Source of the DNA: an uncultured Gemmatimonadales bacterium
GTDB lineage: Bacteria; Gemmatimonadota; Gemmatimonadetes; Gemmatimonadales; Gemmatimonadaceae
DNA: 64,000 nucleotides
Assembly (NCBI GenBank): GCA_963707505.1
Contig: CAVPQB010000004.1
Span: 960,001 to 1,024,000 of the forward strand
Direction: 5' to 3'
This document shows, piece after piece, positions 10,544 to 20,813 of this stretch. Every line of letters begins with the position of its first letter. Within the stretch, counting starts at the first letter, position 1. The translations under genes were made by a program, and so were the position numbers. The notes under the pieces are model-generated. The model was not told the DNA's origin, searched no databases, and saw only the letters and a program-made list of their open reading frames with translations.

Positions 10544-11221
10544 TTGGTTCAGTTATTCGATAGACGCGAGACGGCGGCAGAAGTAAAATCGGCGCCGCGT
10601 AGCGCATGGCAGTGGGTCGGGACGGTAAAATCGGTGAGCCACTTCATCGCTGCCGGTGCGCTTCTCGCCGCGGGTGTGGTATTCACGGCACAGTTGCCGG
10701 CTCCCACGCTGCGAAAGCCGGCAGCTGGAATCCAGATGGCGGGAGCGATCATCGAAGCTCCGTCATTCAGCAGGGAAGCATTCCGGCTCTCTGAAGTGCT
10801 CCAGCATTACACCTCCGATCAGGCGACCGCGGACAGGATCGCGGGCGCGATAGTGGATGAGGGAACCCGCCGCAATCTCGATCCGGCGCTGCTGGTAGGT
10901 GTGCTCCTTACGGAAGACGTGACACTGGATACAACGGCGCGCAGCTTCGTCGGCGCACGTGGCCTGATGCAGGTGATGCCGGACCATGCCGGAAAGTGGG
11001 GTTGCAGCTCCTCGAATCTGTTCTCTATCGAATCCAACATCTGTCACGGCGCGAGCATCCTCCAGGACAACGTGCGCAATTCGCCCAACATGCGCACGGC
11101 ACTTCTCAGGTACAATGGCTGCGTCCACGGCAGCAATACACCCGGATGCCACAGTTATCCTGACAAGGTGATGCGGGCAGCCAATCGCACCACGGCACAA
11201 ATGCTGGCGCTGGCTGAGTAG
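10544..11221 (+). CDS. Lytic transglycosylase (SLT domain) protein
   Basis: LDPALLVGVLLTE...ARSFVGARGLMQVMP, NICHGASIL, ALLRYNG; N-terminal hydrophobic segment; GGGAG before the TTG start. Confidence 0.88.
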   Translation: MVQLFDRRETAAEVKSAPRSAWQWVGTVKSVSHFIAAGALLAAGVVFTAQLPAPTLRKPAAGIQMAGAIIEAPSFSREAFRLSEVLQHYTSDQATADRIAGAIVDEGTRRNLDPALLVGVLLTEDVTLDTTARSFVGARGLMQVMPDHAGKWGCSSSNLFSIESNICHGASILQDNVRNSPNMRTALLRYNGCVHGSNTPGCHSYPDKVMRAANRTTAQMLALAE

Positions 11222-11249
11222 ACTGCGGTTGTAACCGATACAGTTACAC

Positions 11250-11291
11250 GAATGCCCCCGACGGATCACATGTGATCCGTCGGGGGCATTC
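11250..11291. terminator. Perfect 42-bp palindrome between convergent genes (probable bidirectional terminator)
   Basis: GAATGCCCCCGACGGATCACA|TGTGATCCGTCGGGGGCATTC. Confidence 0.7.
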
Positions 11292-11317
11292 TGCATTCAT
11301 CCCTGCCAACTCTCTCG

Positions 11318-11875
11318 TTACATCTCCGGCTTTGCGCCCTTCGCGGTAGGCGGAAGGATTCCGTTCAGCCGCAGATAGATCGCCGATGCCCCATAGTGGT
11401 CGGACCAGTCTCCGACGAGCGATACCATCGCACCACCACGCGAAATCTTTCGTCCGCCGAAGAACGGCACCACATCGCCCAGCTTCGAGTCGTCGACGGG
11501 AGCGAGCGTGGTTGTGCAGTAGTCGAACGACTCCTTGATCCGCGCAACTATGGAATCCTTGCTGGCCGTCGGTGCGAGCTTGGCTTGCTGCGGAGCCTTG
11601 GTGCCGGCGATCGTTGCGCACATGAACTCATTGGATCCGGCAACGTGCAGCATGAGTTGGCCAAAGCTCATCTGTGCCGGCGTTGGCTTGAAACCATACT
11701 TCTCCGACGGCATTGCCTCGGCGGCCGCCGTGAGGTTTCGCTGCGAGCTCTTCAGCTCGTTCTTCAGCGTGGTCGAGATGGGGTTCGGCTCAGTTTCCTG
11801 CGCGGCGAGTGGCACCGTGGCCGAAACGGATAGGATGCATACTGATAGCGCGATACCGGTGCGAATCGATCGCAT
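11318..11875 (-). CDS. Exported DinB-family protein
   Basis: Signal peptide, AAEAMPSEKYGFKPTPAQMSFGQLMLHVA and DHYGASAIYLRLNGILPP; the long upstream ORF extension is antisense shadow. Confidence 0.85.
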   Translation of the reverse strand: MRSIRTGIALSVCILSVSATVPLAAQETEPNPISTTLKNELKSSQRNLTAAAEAMPSEKYGFKPTPAQMSFGQLMLHVAGSNEFMCATIAGTKAPQQAKLAPTASKDSIVARIKESFDYCTTTLAPVDDSKLGDVVPFFGGRKISRGGAMVSLVGDWSDHYGASAIYLRLNGILPPTAKGAKPEM

Positions 11876-12049
11876 TTTTACTGCCTTCCCTTGAGAGGTG
11901 GAATTATGACGTCCGAAGACTGCTGAAACGTGCCCTCCGCATGGCAGTCGCCGCAAGGATGAAGCTGCGAACGGCCTGGGACTGCGTTCAGACGGCGGCA
12001 CCATCGGCACCCTCTCGAAAAAACCCGCCACGGGTGCCACGTTTGTTTC

Positions 12050-13356
12050 ATGAAAAATCGCCAATCCTCCATTCTGATCGGCGTCGCTGCCTTGTCGATC
12101 GGCTTCGCGGCGCCGCTTTCGGCACAGAGAACCGTCAAGCCTGACACCGCAACTCCCATTCTCCTGATCCCGGACCAGGTGTTCGACGCGCCCGCAGGCG
12201 TCGAGCGGCCGGGCTGGGTCGTGCTGGTACGTGGCGAGAAGATCGTGGCCGCCGGACCGCGCGGCAGCGTCGATGTGCCAGCTGGCACGCGCCAGATCGC
12301 GCTCGCCGGAACGACGCTCATGCCGGGGCTCATCGAAGCTCACTCGCACATGATGCTGCATCCGTACAACGAGACATCGTGGAACGATCAGGTTCTGAAG
12401 GAGCCGCTGGCACTGCGTGTTGCGAGAGCGACCGTCAGCGCGCGCAACACGCTGCTCGCCGGCTTCACGACGACGCGCGACCTCGGCACCGAGGGTGCTG
12501 GCGACGCCGACGTCGGCCTCAAACAGGCGATCGAGCAGAAGATCATTCCAGGACCGCGCATGCTCGTGGTGACGCGCGCGATCGTCGCGACCGGAAGCTA
12601 CGGTCCCAAGGGTTTCGATCCGCGCTGGGACGTGCCGCAAGGCGCGCAGGAAGCGAGTGGCATCGACGGAGTCATGCTCGCCACGCGCGAGCAGATCAAG
12701 CACGGTGCGGATTGGATCAAGGTGTACGCCGACTATCGATGGGGTCCGCACGGCGAGGCGGAGCCGACGTTCACGGAGGAAGAGTTGAAAGCGATTGTCG
12801 ACGTCGCGCATTCGAGCGGCCGAATGGTAACGGTGCATTCGGCGACGGCGGAAGGGATGCGTCGCTCGGTCCTCGCCGGAGTGAATACGATCGAGCATGG
12901 CGATGGCGGCACGCCGGAAGTGTTTCGCCTGATGGCCCAGCACGGCGTGGCGTTGTGTCCGACGCTCGCCGCAGGTGATGCGATTGCGCAATACGGCGGT
13001 TGGCGAAAGGGAGTCGATCCGGAGCCGGCGGGGATCACCGCCAAGCGCGCGAGCTTCAAGGCTGCACTGGCTGCTGGAGTCACAATCATCGCCGGAGGCG
13101 ATGTCGGCGTGTTCACGCACGGTGACAATGCTCGCGAGATCGAGATGATGGTGGACTACGGAATGACACCGGTCGCTGCGCTCCAGTCGGCAACGTCGAC
13201 GTCAGCACGTGTACTGGACTCGGCGACCGCCTCGGCGCCGTCAAGCCGGGACTGTACGCAGATCTGATTGCGGTGTCAGGCGATCCGCTCACGGACATTC
13301 ACGCGATCCGTCAGGTTCGCATGGTGATGAAGGGCGGGGAGATATTCAAGCAATAA
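12050..13356 (+). CDS. Metal-dependent amidohydrolase (Xaa-Pro dipeptidase-like); frameshift near 13220
   Basis: [35 protein letters not shown]. After a shift it continues [24 protein letters not shown]...[10 protein letters not shown] to TAA at 13356. Confidence 0.88.
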
Positions 13357-13381
13357 ATTCGAAGTTTTCCCGCTGACGATT

Positions 13382-13485
13382 CGTCATCCCCGCGAAAGCG
13401 GGGATCCATCTGGTGCCGAGTACTTTCCGGCGATCATCGCACTCGGATATCGATAACATGGGTTCCCGCTTTCGCGGGAACGACG
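13382..13485. repeat. CGTC-tagged REP doublet (inverted pair)
   Basis: CGTCATCCCCGCGAAAGCGGGGATCCA ... TGGGTTCCCGCTTTCGCGGGAACGACG; two self-complementary units in inverted orientation between convergent genes. Confidence 0.8.
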
Positions 13486-13491
13486 ACCAAA

Positions 13492-15372
13492 CTACTTGTA
13501 GCCGGCCGCCTGCATCGTGAACAGCTCGTTGTACAGACCGCCGTTGGCGAGCAGTTCCTCGTGCGTGCCTTCTTCTTCGAGCTGTCCGTTGCGCAGCACG
13601 AGAATGCGATCGGCCATTCGCACAGTCGAGAACCGGTGCGATATCAGCACCGCCATTCTGCCCGCGACAAGCTCCGAGAAGCGCAGGAACACTTCGTATT
13701 CCGCGCGAGCGTCCAACGCAGCCGTCGGCTCGTCCAGTATCAGGACCTGCGCTGCGCGAAGGTACGCGCGCGCGAGAGCTACCTTCTGCCACTCGCCGCC
13801 AGAGAGATCGACGCCGTTCTCGAACCTGCGGCCGAGCATCTGACGGTATCCTTCCTTGAATCGCGGAAGGAGCGACGCGGCCAGCGACTGCTCGGCGGCG
13901 TTCTCGATCAGCGACGGGACAGGTTGATCCATTCCCTCCAATGCCTGCTCGACGGCGTTGATTTCGCCGACGCCGATGTTTTCGTCGAAGCGCATGTCGT
14001 AGCGCACGAAATCCTGGAAGATCACACCGATGGTCGAGCGCACTGACGCGAGGTCGTACTCGCGAAGATCCTTCCCATCGAGCAGAATACGCCCTTCGCT
14101 GGGATCGTACAGCCGAGCGAGCAACTTGGTGACCGTCGTTTTGCCAGCACCATTCTCGCCCACGAGCGCGATTCGCTCGCCGGGATTGAGCGTGAAATTG
14201 AGGCCGCGGACGGCCCAGCGCTCCTCGCTGCCTGGATACTGAAACCCAACATTCTCGAAGGTGAATCCTTCGCGAATCGGATCGGGGACGGGCGGCGCAT
14301 TCAAGCGTCCGGAGATGGTCGGCTTCATGTCGAAGAATTCGAACAGATCGCGCAGATACAACGCCTGCTCGTAGACGCCGCTCGCGGCCATCAGGATGCT
14401 CTGGATCACATCGCGCCCGCGGCCAAACGATGCCGCAAGAAAGGTCAGCGTTCCGACGGTGATCTGGCCGCGCACCGCGCTCAGCAGGATGATCACATAC
14501 GCGGCGTAATATCCGACTGTGCCGAGGAATGAGAGAAGGGTGCTGACGATCGCGCGACGAACGGAGAGTTTCTTGTTCTCGTCGAAGAAACGCTGCGACA
14601 GCTCGTCATATTTTCGCGTGAGCCAGCCGGCGAGTCCGAACATGTGGACTTCCTTCGCGGTCTCATCGCTTGCGCCTACGTAGCGCAGGTAGTCGAGTTG
14701 GCGGCGCTCCGGCGTCCAGCGGAAGAGCAACGAGTATCCCAGCGATGCGTAGTGCGTTTCGCCCAGGAAACTCGGCACGATCGCGATCACGAGCAACACA
14801 AGCAGCCACGGACTGTTGACGACGAGCGCGCCGGCAAGAGTGATGAGCGTAAGGAAGTCCTGGCCGATACCCAAAAGTTGAGTGAGCAACGCGATGCGCC
14901 CAACTGTCTGCCGTCGCGCTCGCTCCAGATGATCGTAGAAATCCGGGTTCTCGAACTGGGCGAGATCGAGTGTCGCGGCGTGCTGCATCAGCCGCACGCT
15001 CATCCTGTTCGAGAAGAGATCACTCAGCAGGCTCTCGACGAGGGCCGATACGCGCGCCATGATCTCGCCGGCCGCGACGATGGCGAGCTCCATAGCGATA
15101 TAGCGCCACAGCGCGGTGAGCGTCCCGTTGCCGGCACGCGCTGCAATCACTCCGTCGATTATGAGCTTGCCGATCCAGAACGTCGCGACAGGTATGAACG
15201 CCCGTGCGACGCGTAGCAGCATCATCGTGAGCGCGTAGCCGCGATGTGTCTCCCACACCATGCGCACGAGTGGCGGGACATACCGCAGAGCCGCGCGGCG
15301 CTCGGCCCACGTCGCGTTCTCTGCTTCCGCGCGATCGCGAGCACGCCCGCCGTGGCCGCCTACACCGGCCAT
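13492..15372 (-). CDS. ABC exporter, fused permease/ATP-binding protein
   Basis: TM domain plus GENGAGKT, LSGGEWQK, ILDEPTAALD, ISHRFSTVR. Confidence 0.92.
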   Translation of the reverse strand: MAGVGGHGGRARDRAEAENATWAERRAALRYVPPLVRMVWETHRGYALTMMLLRVARAFIPVATFWIGKLIIDGVIAARAGNGTLTALWRYIAMELAIVAAGEIMARVSALVESLLSDLFSNRMSVRLMQHAATLDLAQFENPDFYDHLERARRQTVGRIALLTQLLGIGQDFLTLITLAGALVVNSPWLLVLLVIAIVPSFLGETHYASLGYSLLFRWTPERRQLDYLRYVGASDETAKEVHMFGLAGWLTRKYDELSQRFFDENKKLSVRRAIVSTLLSFLGTVGYYAAYVIILLSAVRGQITVGTLTFLAASFGRGRDVIQSILMAASGVYEQALYLRDLFEFFDMKPTISGRLNAPPVPDPIREGFTFENVGFQYPGSEERWAVRGLNFTLNPGERIALVGENGAGKTTVTKLLARLYDPSEGRILLDGKDLREYDLASVRSTIGVIFQDFVRYDMRFDENIGVGEINAVEQALEGMDQPVPSLIENAAEQSLAASLLPRFKEGYRQMLGRRFENGVDLSGGEWQKVALARAYLRAAQVLILDEPTAALDARAEYEVFLRFSELVAGRMAVLISHRFSTVRMADRILVLRNGQLEEEGTHEELLANGGLYNELFTMQAAGYK

Positions 15373-15373
15373 T

Positions 15374-16475
15374 CTAAGTCGCGACCGAGTGGCCGGCTGC
15401 TTCCCACGCTGACATTCCGCCGCGGAGCTCGTGGACGTCGTCAAAGCCGAATGCGTCGAGCGTGGCCGCCCCGACTGCTGATCGACTGCCGCGTTGACAG
15501 TGCAGTATGATCGCGCGGTCGCGCGGAATCTCGTCGAGTCGCGTATGTAGCGTGGGAAGTGGGATCAGTGTCGCGCTGGGTATGTGGCCGCGACGCCACT
15601 CGTCATCATTGCGGACATCGATGATCAGCGCGTTCACGTTGGCGCCAAGGCCAGCTACCTCATCGCTCGTCATCATGCGCGGTAGGGTAAGATTGCGCGG
15701 CACGGTGGCGTCGCGATTGCGCGCTTTCATCGCTCCGAAGTACGGCGGAGCGGGAGGTTGGCCGTCGAGAACACGCTCGACGAATTCGGACTCTGCCATC
15801 GGAGCCAGAGCCCAATTGGCGACACGCTCGTAGCCCAGCGTCGACTGTGCCGCAGAGCTCATTGCCTTGCCGCATGCGGAGCCGGCGCCATGGCCTGGCC
15901 AGATCTGAAGATGATCCGGGAGTCGTTTGAACGTCTGAATCGACGCGTACAACGATGCCGCTGCGTCGCGCATGGTGCCCGCCTGACCAGCGGCGCGCTC
16001 GAGCAAGTCCGGACGGCCGACGTCACCGACGAAGATGAAATCGCCCGTGAGCGCACCAACTGGGACGTCGCTGCGCGCGCCATCGGTCAGCAGAAACGTC
16101 AGGTGCTCCGGTGTATGGCCGGGAGTGTGACGCACGTCGAGCCGCACCATTCCGATAGAAATATCGTCACCCGCATGCAGGATGTTCACACCGGGCTCGT
16201 GCGCAAAGGAATATTGCCACCCGTCACCGCCCTCGCCGGAGACGTGGAGCTGCGCGCCGGTCGTCGCGGCAAGTGCGCGTGCGCCGGATGCAAAATCGGC
16301 GTGGATGTGTGTCTCGGTCACAGCGGTGATCCGAACACCTTCGTCGCGCGCTGCCCGGAGGTACGTCTCGATGTCCATGTTCGGATCGACGACGATCGCT
16401 GTCGGAGGTCCGCTCGCAGGCGATCATGTAGCTGGCCTGGGCAAGCGAGTCGTCGTAGAATCGGCGAAAGATCAT
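15374..16475 (-). CDS. MBL-fold hydrolase with rhodanese domain; frameshift near 16400
   Basis: MIFRRFYDDSLAQASYMI start in one frame, then ETHIHADF, HTPGHTPEH, GDVGRPDL, PGHGAGSACG and rhodanese HCQRGSRS in the next. Confidence 0.88.
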
Positions 16476-16607
16476 GATTCGGCTGATGCGGGCGTTGGCG
16501 AGCTCTGTACGCGTGGCATAACAAGATAAGCAGAATCAAAAGGCCGCCTGTCAGAACCGGTTTCGGCATGAGCCACACCGGGGATCGCGACCCGGTAAAT
16601 TGTCCGC

Positions 16608-17423
16608 ATGACTGCAGCGATAGTTACCGAAGGATTGCGCAAGGTGTACCCGGCCGCTGGCGGGTCGGGCATGCCCGGCGGCCAGGCGGGCTGGGCGCCG
16701 TCGGCGAGTGCGCAACCACGCGGCGGCGGCGAAACTGTTGCGCTGGAAGGGCTGGACCTGGTAGTCGAGGAGGGCGAGTTTTTTGGACTCATCGGCCCCA
16801 ACGGCGCCGGCAAGACGACGACCATCGGCGTTCTGACGACTCGTGTGATTCCGACCGGTGGGGTCGCTCACGTGGCCGGCGCCGACGTCGTGCGCCAGAG
16901 CGTGACGGTGCGGCAGCGGATCGGCGTGGTACCGCAGCGGCCGAACCCGGACCGCTCGCTGGATGCCTGGGAAAATCTCATCTACCATGCCGCATATTTC
17001 GGCGTGAACCGCAAGGAAGCTGCGCGGCGCGCGGCCGAGCTTCTGGATCGGCTGGGAATCTCCGACAAGGCGCGTATGAAGGTCGATCAGCTTAGCGGCG
17101 GCCAGCAACAGCGGTTGATGATCGCGCGCGCACTGATCCACGAGCCGACCATCCTCTTTCTGGACGAGCCGACGGTCGGTCTCGATCCCAATGCACGCAA
17201 CTCGCTGTGGGAGATACTTCGCGATCTGCACGCACAGGGACGCACGATAGTGATGACGACGCACTACATGCCGGAAGCCGATGAACTGAGCGATCGCATC
17301 GCGCTCATCGATCGCGGGCGCCTGCTTGCGCTCGACACGCCGGAGAATCTCAAGAAGCAGACACCGGACGGCTCGCTCGAAACGTTCTTCATCGCAAAGT
17401 CAGGGCGCGGGTGGGACGCGTGA
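16608..17423 (+). CDS. ABC-2 type transporter ATP-binding subunit (DrrA-like)
   Basis: GPNGAGKTT, LSGGQQQR, LFLDEPTVGLD, TTHYMPEA. Confidence 0.92.
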   Translation: MTAAIVTEGLRKVYPAAGGSGMPGGQAGWAPSASAQPRGGGETVALEGLDLVVEEGEFFGLIGPNGAGKTTTIGVLTTRVIPTGGVAHVAGADVVRQSVTVRQRIGVVPQRPNPDRSLDAWENLIYHAAYFGVNRKEAARRAAELLDRLGISDKARMKVDQLSGGQQQRLMIARALIHEPTILFLDEPTVGLDPNARNSLWEILRDLHAQGRTIVMTTHYMPEADELSDRIALIDRGRLLALDTPENLKKQTPDGSLETFFIAKSGRGWDA

Positions 17424-18250
17424 GCGCCACTACTGCTTCATTGCCGGTTGCGTCGATCGCAAATCCGCATCCGCCGGTAGCGGCCGGACGCGTTTTCGTC
17501 GCACTGCTCAGCCGCGATCTCCGAGTCGCACGTCGCGAGCTGCCGTTCTTTCTCATAAGAACTGTGATGCAACCGATTCTGTTCGTGATCGTATTCGGTT
17601 ATCTGCTTCCCAAGATGGGCTTCACACAACCTGGCTATCAGGCTGCACTGCTGCCTGGTATTCTTGCGTTGAGCCTGATGCTCGCATCCGCGCAATCGGT
17701 TACGCTTCCCATGGTCACCGAGTTCGGCTGGACCAAGGAGATCGAAGACCGTCTGCTCGCGCCAGTCAGCATCGACCTCGTTGCGATCGAGAAAATCGTC
17801 AACGCAATGATTCAGGGAATCATCGCCGCGATTGTAGTGCTGCCGCTCGCGCGGCTCGTGATGGGACCGGTGCCGGGATTCACGTTCTCTCATTTCCCCG
17901 AGCTGACCCTCGTGGTAATACTGTCTGCCGCAGCTGCATCGGCGTTCGGACTGCTGCTTGGCGTTCTCATCAGCCCGCAGCAAATCGGCTTCATGTTCAG
18001 TCTGATCATCACGCCGATGATCTTCTTCGGTTGCGCGTACTATCCATGGCGCGGGCTCGACGTAGTCCCGTGGCTCAAGTACGCGGTGCTGATCAATCCG
18101 CTGGTTTACATATCCGAGGGGTTGCGCGCATCGCTCACTCCTTCGGTGCCGCACATGCCGTTCATGGCAATCATCGCTGCCCTGGTTGTGCTCACGGCGG
18201 GCTTCACCTGGGCGGCTCTCGTGCGATTCAGGATGCGGGCTCTTGGCTGA
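17420..18250 (+). CDS. ABC-2 type transporter permease
   Basis: Six TM helices, IEDRLLAP and NPLVYISEGLR; GTGA overlap with the ATPase gene. Confidence 0.88.
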   Translation: MSATTASLPVASIANPHPPVAAGRVFVALLSRDLRVARRELPFFLIRTVMQPILFVIVFGYLLPKMGFTQPGYQAALLPGILALSLMLASAQSVTLPMVTEFGWTKEIEDRLLAPVSIDLVAIEKIVNAMIQGIIAAIVVLPLARLVMGPVPGFTFSHFPELTLVVILSAAAASAFGLLLGVLISPQQIGFMFSLIITPMIFFGCAYYPWRGLDVVPWLKYAVLINPLVYISEGLRASLTPSVPHMPFMAIIAALVVLTAGFTWAALVRFRMRALG

Positions 18251-18251
18251 C

Positions 18252-18848
18252 GTGACCTCGTTCTCCGAACCGTTCGAGCGCTTCGCTGAGCTGTTCGCGC
18301 GCGCAACCGCCGAGCTTCCACGCGAGTGCTTCCCCGATGTAAACACGATGTCTGTGGCAACGGTCGGCGCAGACGGCCGGCCATCGAATAGAATCGTGCT
18401 CCTCAAGGCCTTTGATGAGCGCGGTTTCGTCTTCTACACCAACTACGAAGGACGCAAGGGAAGCGAGCTGCTCGCCAACCCTTACTGTGCGCTGTGCTTC
18501 CACTGGCCGCCGATGGAGATTCAGATACGCATCGAGGGGCGCGCCGAGCGGACGAGTGACGCGGAAGCAGATGCGTACTTTGCGTCACGTGCACGCGCCA
18601 GCCAGCTCGGAGCGTGGGCTTCGGATCAGAGTCGTCCGATGACACAGCCGGGAGATCTGGAGCGCCGGGTCGCGGAGGTGGCCGCGCGCTTCGAGGGAGT
18701 GAGCGTGCCGCGGCCGCCGCACTGGTCCGGCTTTCGCGTCGTACCGGACAGAATCGAGTTCTGGCGCAACCGCGCGAGCCGATTGCATGACCGCGCCGTG
18801 TACCAGCGAGACGGGGACGGATGGCGCGTCACGGCACTCTACCCTTGA
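18252..18848 (+). CDS. pdxH: Pyridoxamine 5'-phosphate oxidase
   Basis: RIVLLK, GFVFYTNYEGRKG, YFASRARASQLGAWASDQS, PRPPHWSGFRV, EFW..RLHDR. Confidence 0.95.
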   Translation: MTSFSEPFERFAELFARATAELPRECFPDVNTMSVATVGADGRPSNRIVLLKAFDERGFVFYTNYEGRKGSELLANPYCALCFHWPPMEIQIRIEGRAERTSDAEADAYFASRARASQLGAWASDQSRPMTQPGDLERRVAEVAARFEGVSVPRPPHWSGFRVVPDRIEFWRNRASRLHDRAVYQRDGDGWRVTALYP

Positions 18849-18861
18849 TTAAAATCAGAAC

Positions 18862-20811
18862 ATGACCACGACATCCCACCCCGAACCATTCGCGCAAATC
18901 GGCTCCGAGCCGTGGACCATCGACGAGTCGCGCGCACTCTACAACATCGAAGGGTGGGGGAATGGCTATTTCGAGATCAACTCGAAGGGCCACGTAGTCG
19001 TGCGCCCCGACAAGGACGAGCGCGGTCGTGAGCTCGATCTCTTCGAGCTCGCGATGGACCTCGACGCGCAGGGTGTCGGAATGCCACTCCTGATTCGCTT
19101 CTCCGACATCCTTCGCTCCCGCATCGAAGACCTGCACGAACGGTTCGTACACGCGATGAAGGAATTCGACTACAGCGGCGGTTATACCACGATCTATCCG
19201 ATCAAGGTGAATCAGCAGCGCCACGTCGTCGAGGAGATTGTCGAGTTCGGGCAGCCTTTCGGAGTCGGTCTCGAGTGCGGCAGCAAGCCGGAGTTGCAGG
19301 CAGTGCTCGGTCTTGCCGAGACGACGGGGCACACTATCGTGTGCAACGGCTACAAGGACGAGGAGTTCATGCGCCTCGCCCTCATGGGCCAGAAGCTCGG
19401 CCATGAAGTCTTCATCGTGATGGAGCAGGTGAGCGAGGTGGACGTTCTGCTGCAGGTCGCCGCCGACCTCGACGTGCGACCGAACATCGGCATCCGCATC
19501 AAGCTCTTTGCAGAAGGCGCGGGACGCTGGGCTGAGAGTGGCGGCGAGAAGTCCAAGTTCGGACTCAGCCCGTCGCAGCTCGTCCGCGTCATCGACAAGC
19601 TGACTGACGCTGGCTATCTCGACTGCGTCCATCTCCTGCACTTCCACCTCGGCTCCCAGATCACCGACATCAGATATATCAAGGCCGGCTTGCAGGAGAT
19701 CGCGCGCTATTACTCCGAGCTGCGCAAGATGGGCGTCGACGTAACGCACGTCGATGTTGGCGGTGGATTGGGTGTCGACTACGACGGAACGCGTTCCACT
19801 GCGCACGCCAGCGTCAACTACACGTTGCAGGAATACGCCAACGACATCGTCTACACGCTGGCTGAGGCGTGTCGCGAGGAAGACTTGCCGATGCCGCACA
19901 TCATCAGCGAGTCGGGCCGCGCGCTCACGGCGCATCACGCGTTGCTGCTTCTCAGTGTGATCGACGTCGAATCCGTCACCGAAGTCGTTGCGCCTCAGCT
20001 GGATGAGAATGATCACGCGTTGTTGCACGAGATGGCGACCGATCTGGAAACCGTCAACACGCGTCGCCTCCGTGAGGTGTTTCACGACGCGACGTTCGAC
20101 AAGGAGCGCGCCCAGCAGCTGTTCGCGAGTGGCGTGCTGTCGCTTCGCGGCCGCGCGCGGGCGGAGCAGCTGCATCTGGCGTTGATCAACTCCGTGGCGC
20201 GTGAGGCGCGCAAGGATCGCGAGGAGTACTCCGAGATCATCGAGGATCTCGAAGCGACGCTGGTCGATCGCTACTTCTGCAATTTTTCGTTGTTCCAGTC
20301 GCTGCCCGACAGCTGGGCCATCGATCAGCTATTCCCGATCATGCCCGTGCACCGCCTGGATGAGGAGCCGATTCGTCGCGGCACCATTCAGGACGTGTCG
20401 TGCGACAGCGATGGAAAGATCGACCGTTTCGTCGGCGGTGATCGCAACTCGCCGCGCCAGAGTCTGGAACTGCACCCGTTCCACGACGGCGAGCCGTACA
20501 TCATCGGGATATTCCTCACCGGTGCCTATCAGGAGATCCTGGGCGATCTGCACAATCTGTTCGGAGACACGAACGCCGTGCACATCCGGCTCAAGGAGCG
20601 CGGATACGAGATCACTGATCTCGTGCACGGCGATACGGTTACGGAAGTGCTGGCCTACGTGCAATTCCGCGCTGCTGATCTATTGACGACGTTTCGTCGC
20701 AAGGTAAGCAATGCGAAGAACATCACGCGCGACGAGGCGAACGCATTCATCGCTGACTATCTCGCCGGCCTCGAAGGCTACACTTACCTCGAAGGGGACG
20801 CGGCGCGGTAG
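18862..20811 (+). CDS. speA: Biosynthetic arginine decarboxylase
   Basis: YPIKVNQQR, GLECGSKPEL, SGGEKSKFGL, HFHLGSQI, NFSLFQSLPDSWAIDQLFP, CDSDG. Confidence 0.96.
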   Translation: MTTTSHPEPFAQIGSEPWTIDESRALYNIEGWGNGYFEINSKGHVVVRPDKDERGRELDLFELAMDLDAQGVGMPLLIRFSDILRSRIEDLHERFVHAMKEFDYSGGYTTIYPIKVNQQRHVVEEIVEFGQPFGVGLECGSKPELQAVLGLAETTGHTIVCNGYKDEEFMRLALMGQKLGHEVFIVMEQVSEVDVLLQVAADLDVRPNIGIRIKLFAEGAGRWAESGGEKSKFGLSPSQLVRVIDKLTDAGYLDCVHLLHFHLGSQITDIRYIKAGLQEIARYYSELRKMGVDVTHVDVGGGLGVDYDGTRSTAHASVNYTLQEYANDIVYTLAEACREEDLPMPHIISESGRALTAHHALLLLSVIDVESVTEVVAPQLDENDHALLHEMATDLETVNTRRLREVFHDATFDKERAQQLFASGVLSLRGRARAEQLHLALINSVAREARKDREEYSEIIEDLEATLVDRYFCNFSLFQSLPDSWAIDQLFPIMPVHRLDEEPIRRGTIQDVSCDSDGKIDRFVGGDRNSPRQSLELHPFHDGEPYIIGIFLTGAYQEILGDLHNLFGDTNAVHIRLKERGYEITDLVHGDTVTEVLAYVQFRAADLLTTFRRKVSNAKNITRDEANAFIADYLAGLEGYTYLEGDAAR

Positions 20812-20813
20812 TC

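Noticed and set aside
9957..11221. Prophage remnant (XRE plus lytic enzyme)
   Set aside because: No integrase, structural genes, holin or att-like repeats nearby.
11876..13120. 600-aa ORF suggesting a long N-terminal extension of the DinB protein
   Set aside because: The extension is the antisense shadow of the amidohydrolase; a signal peptide starts at 11875.
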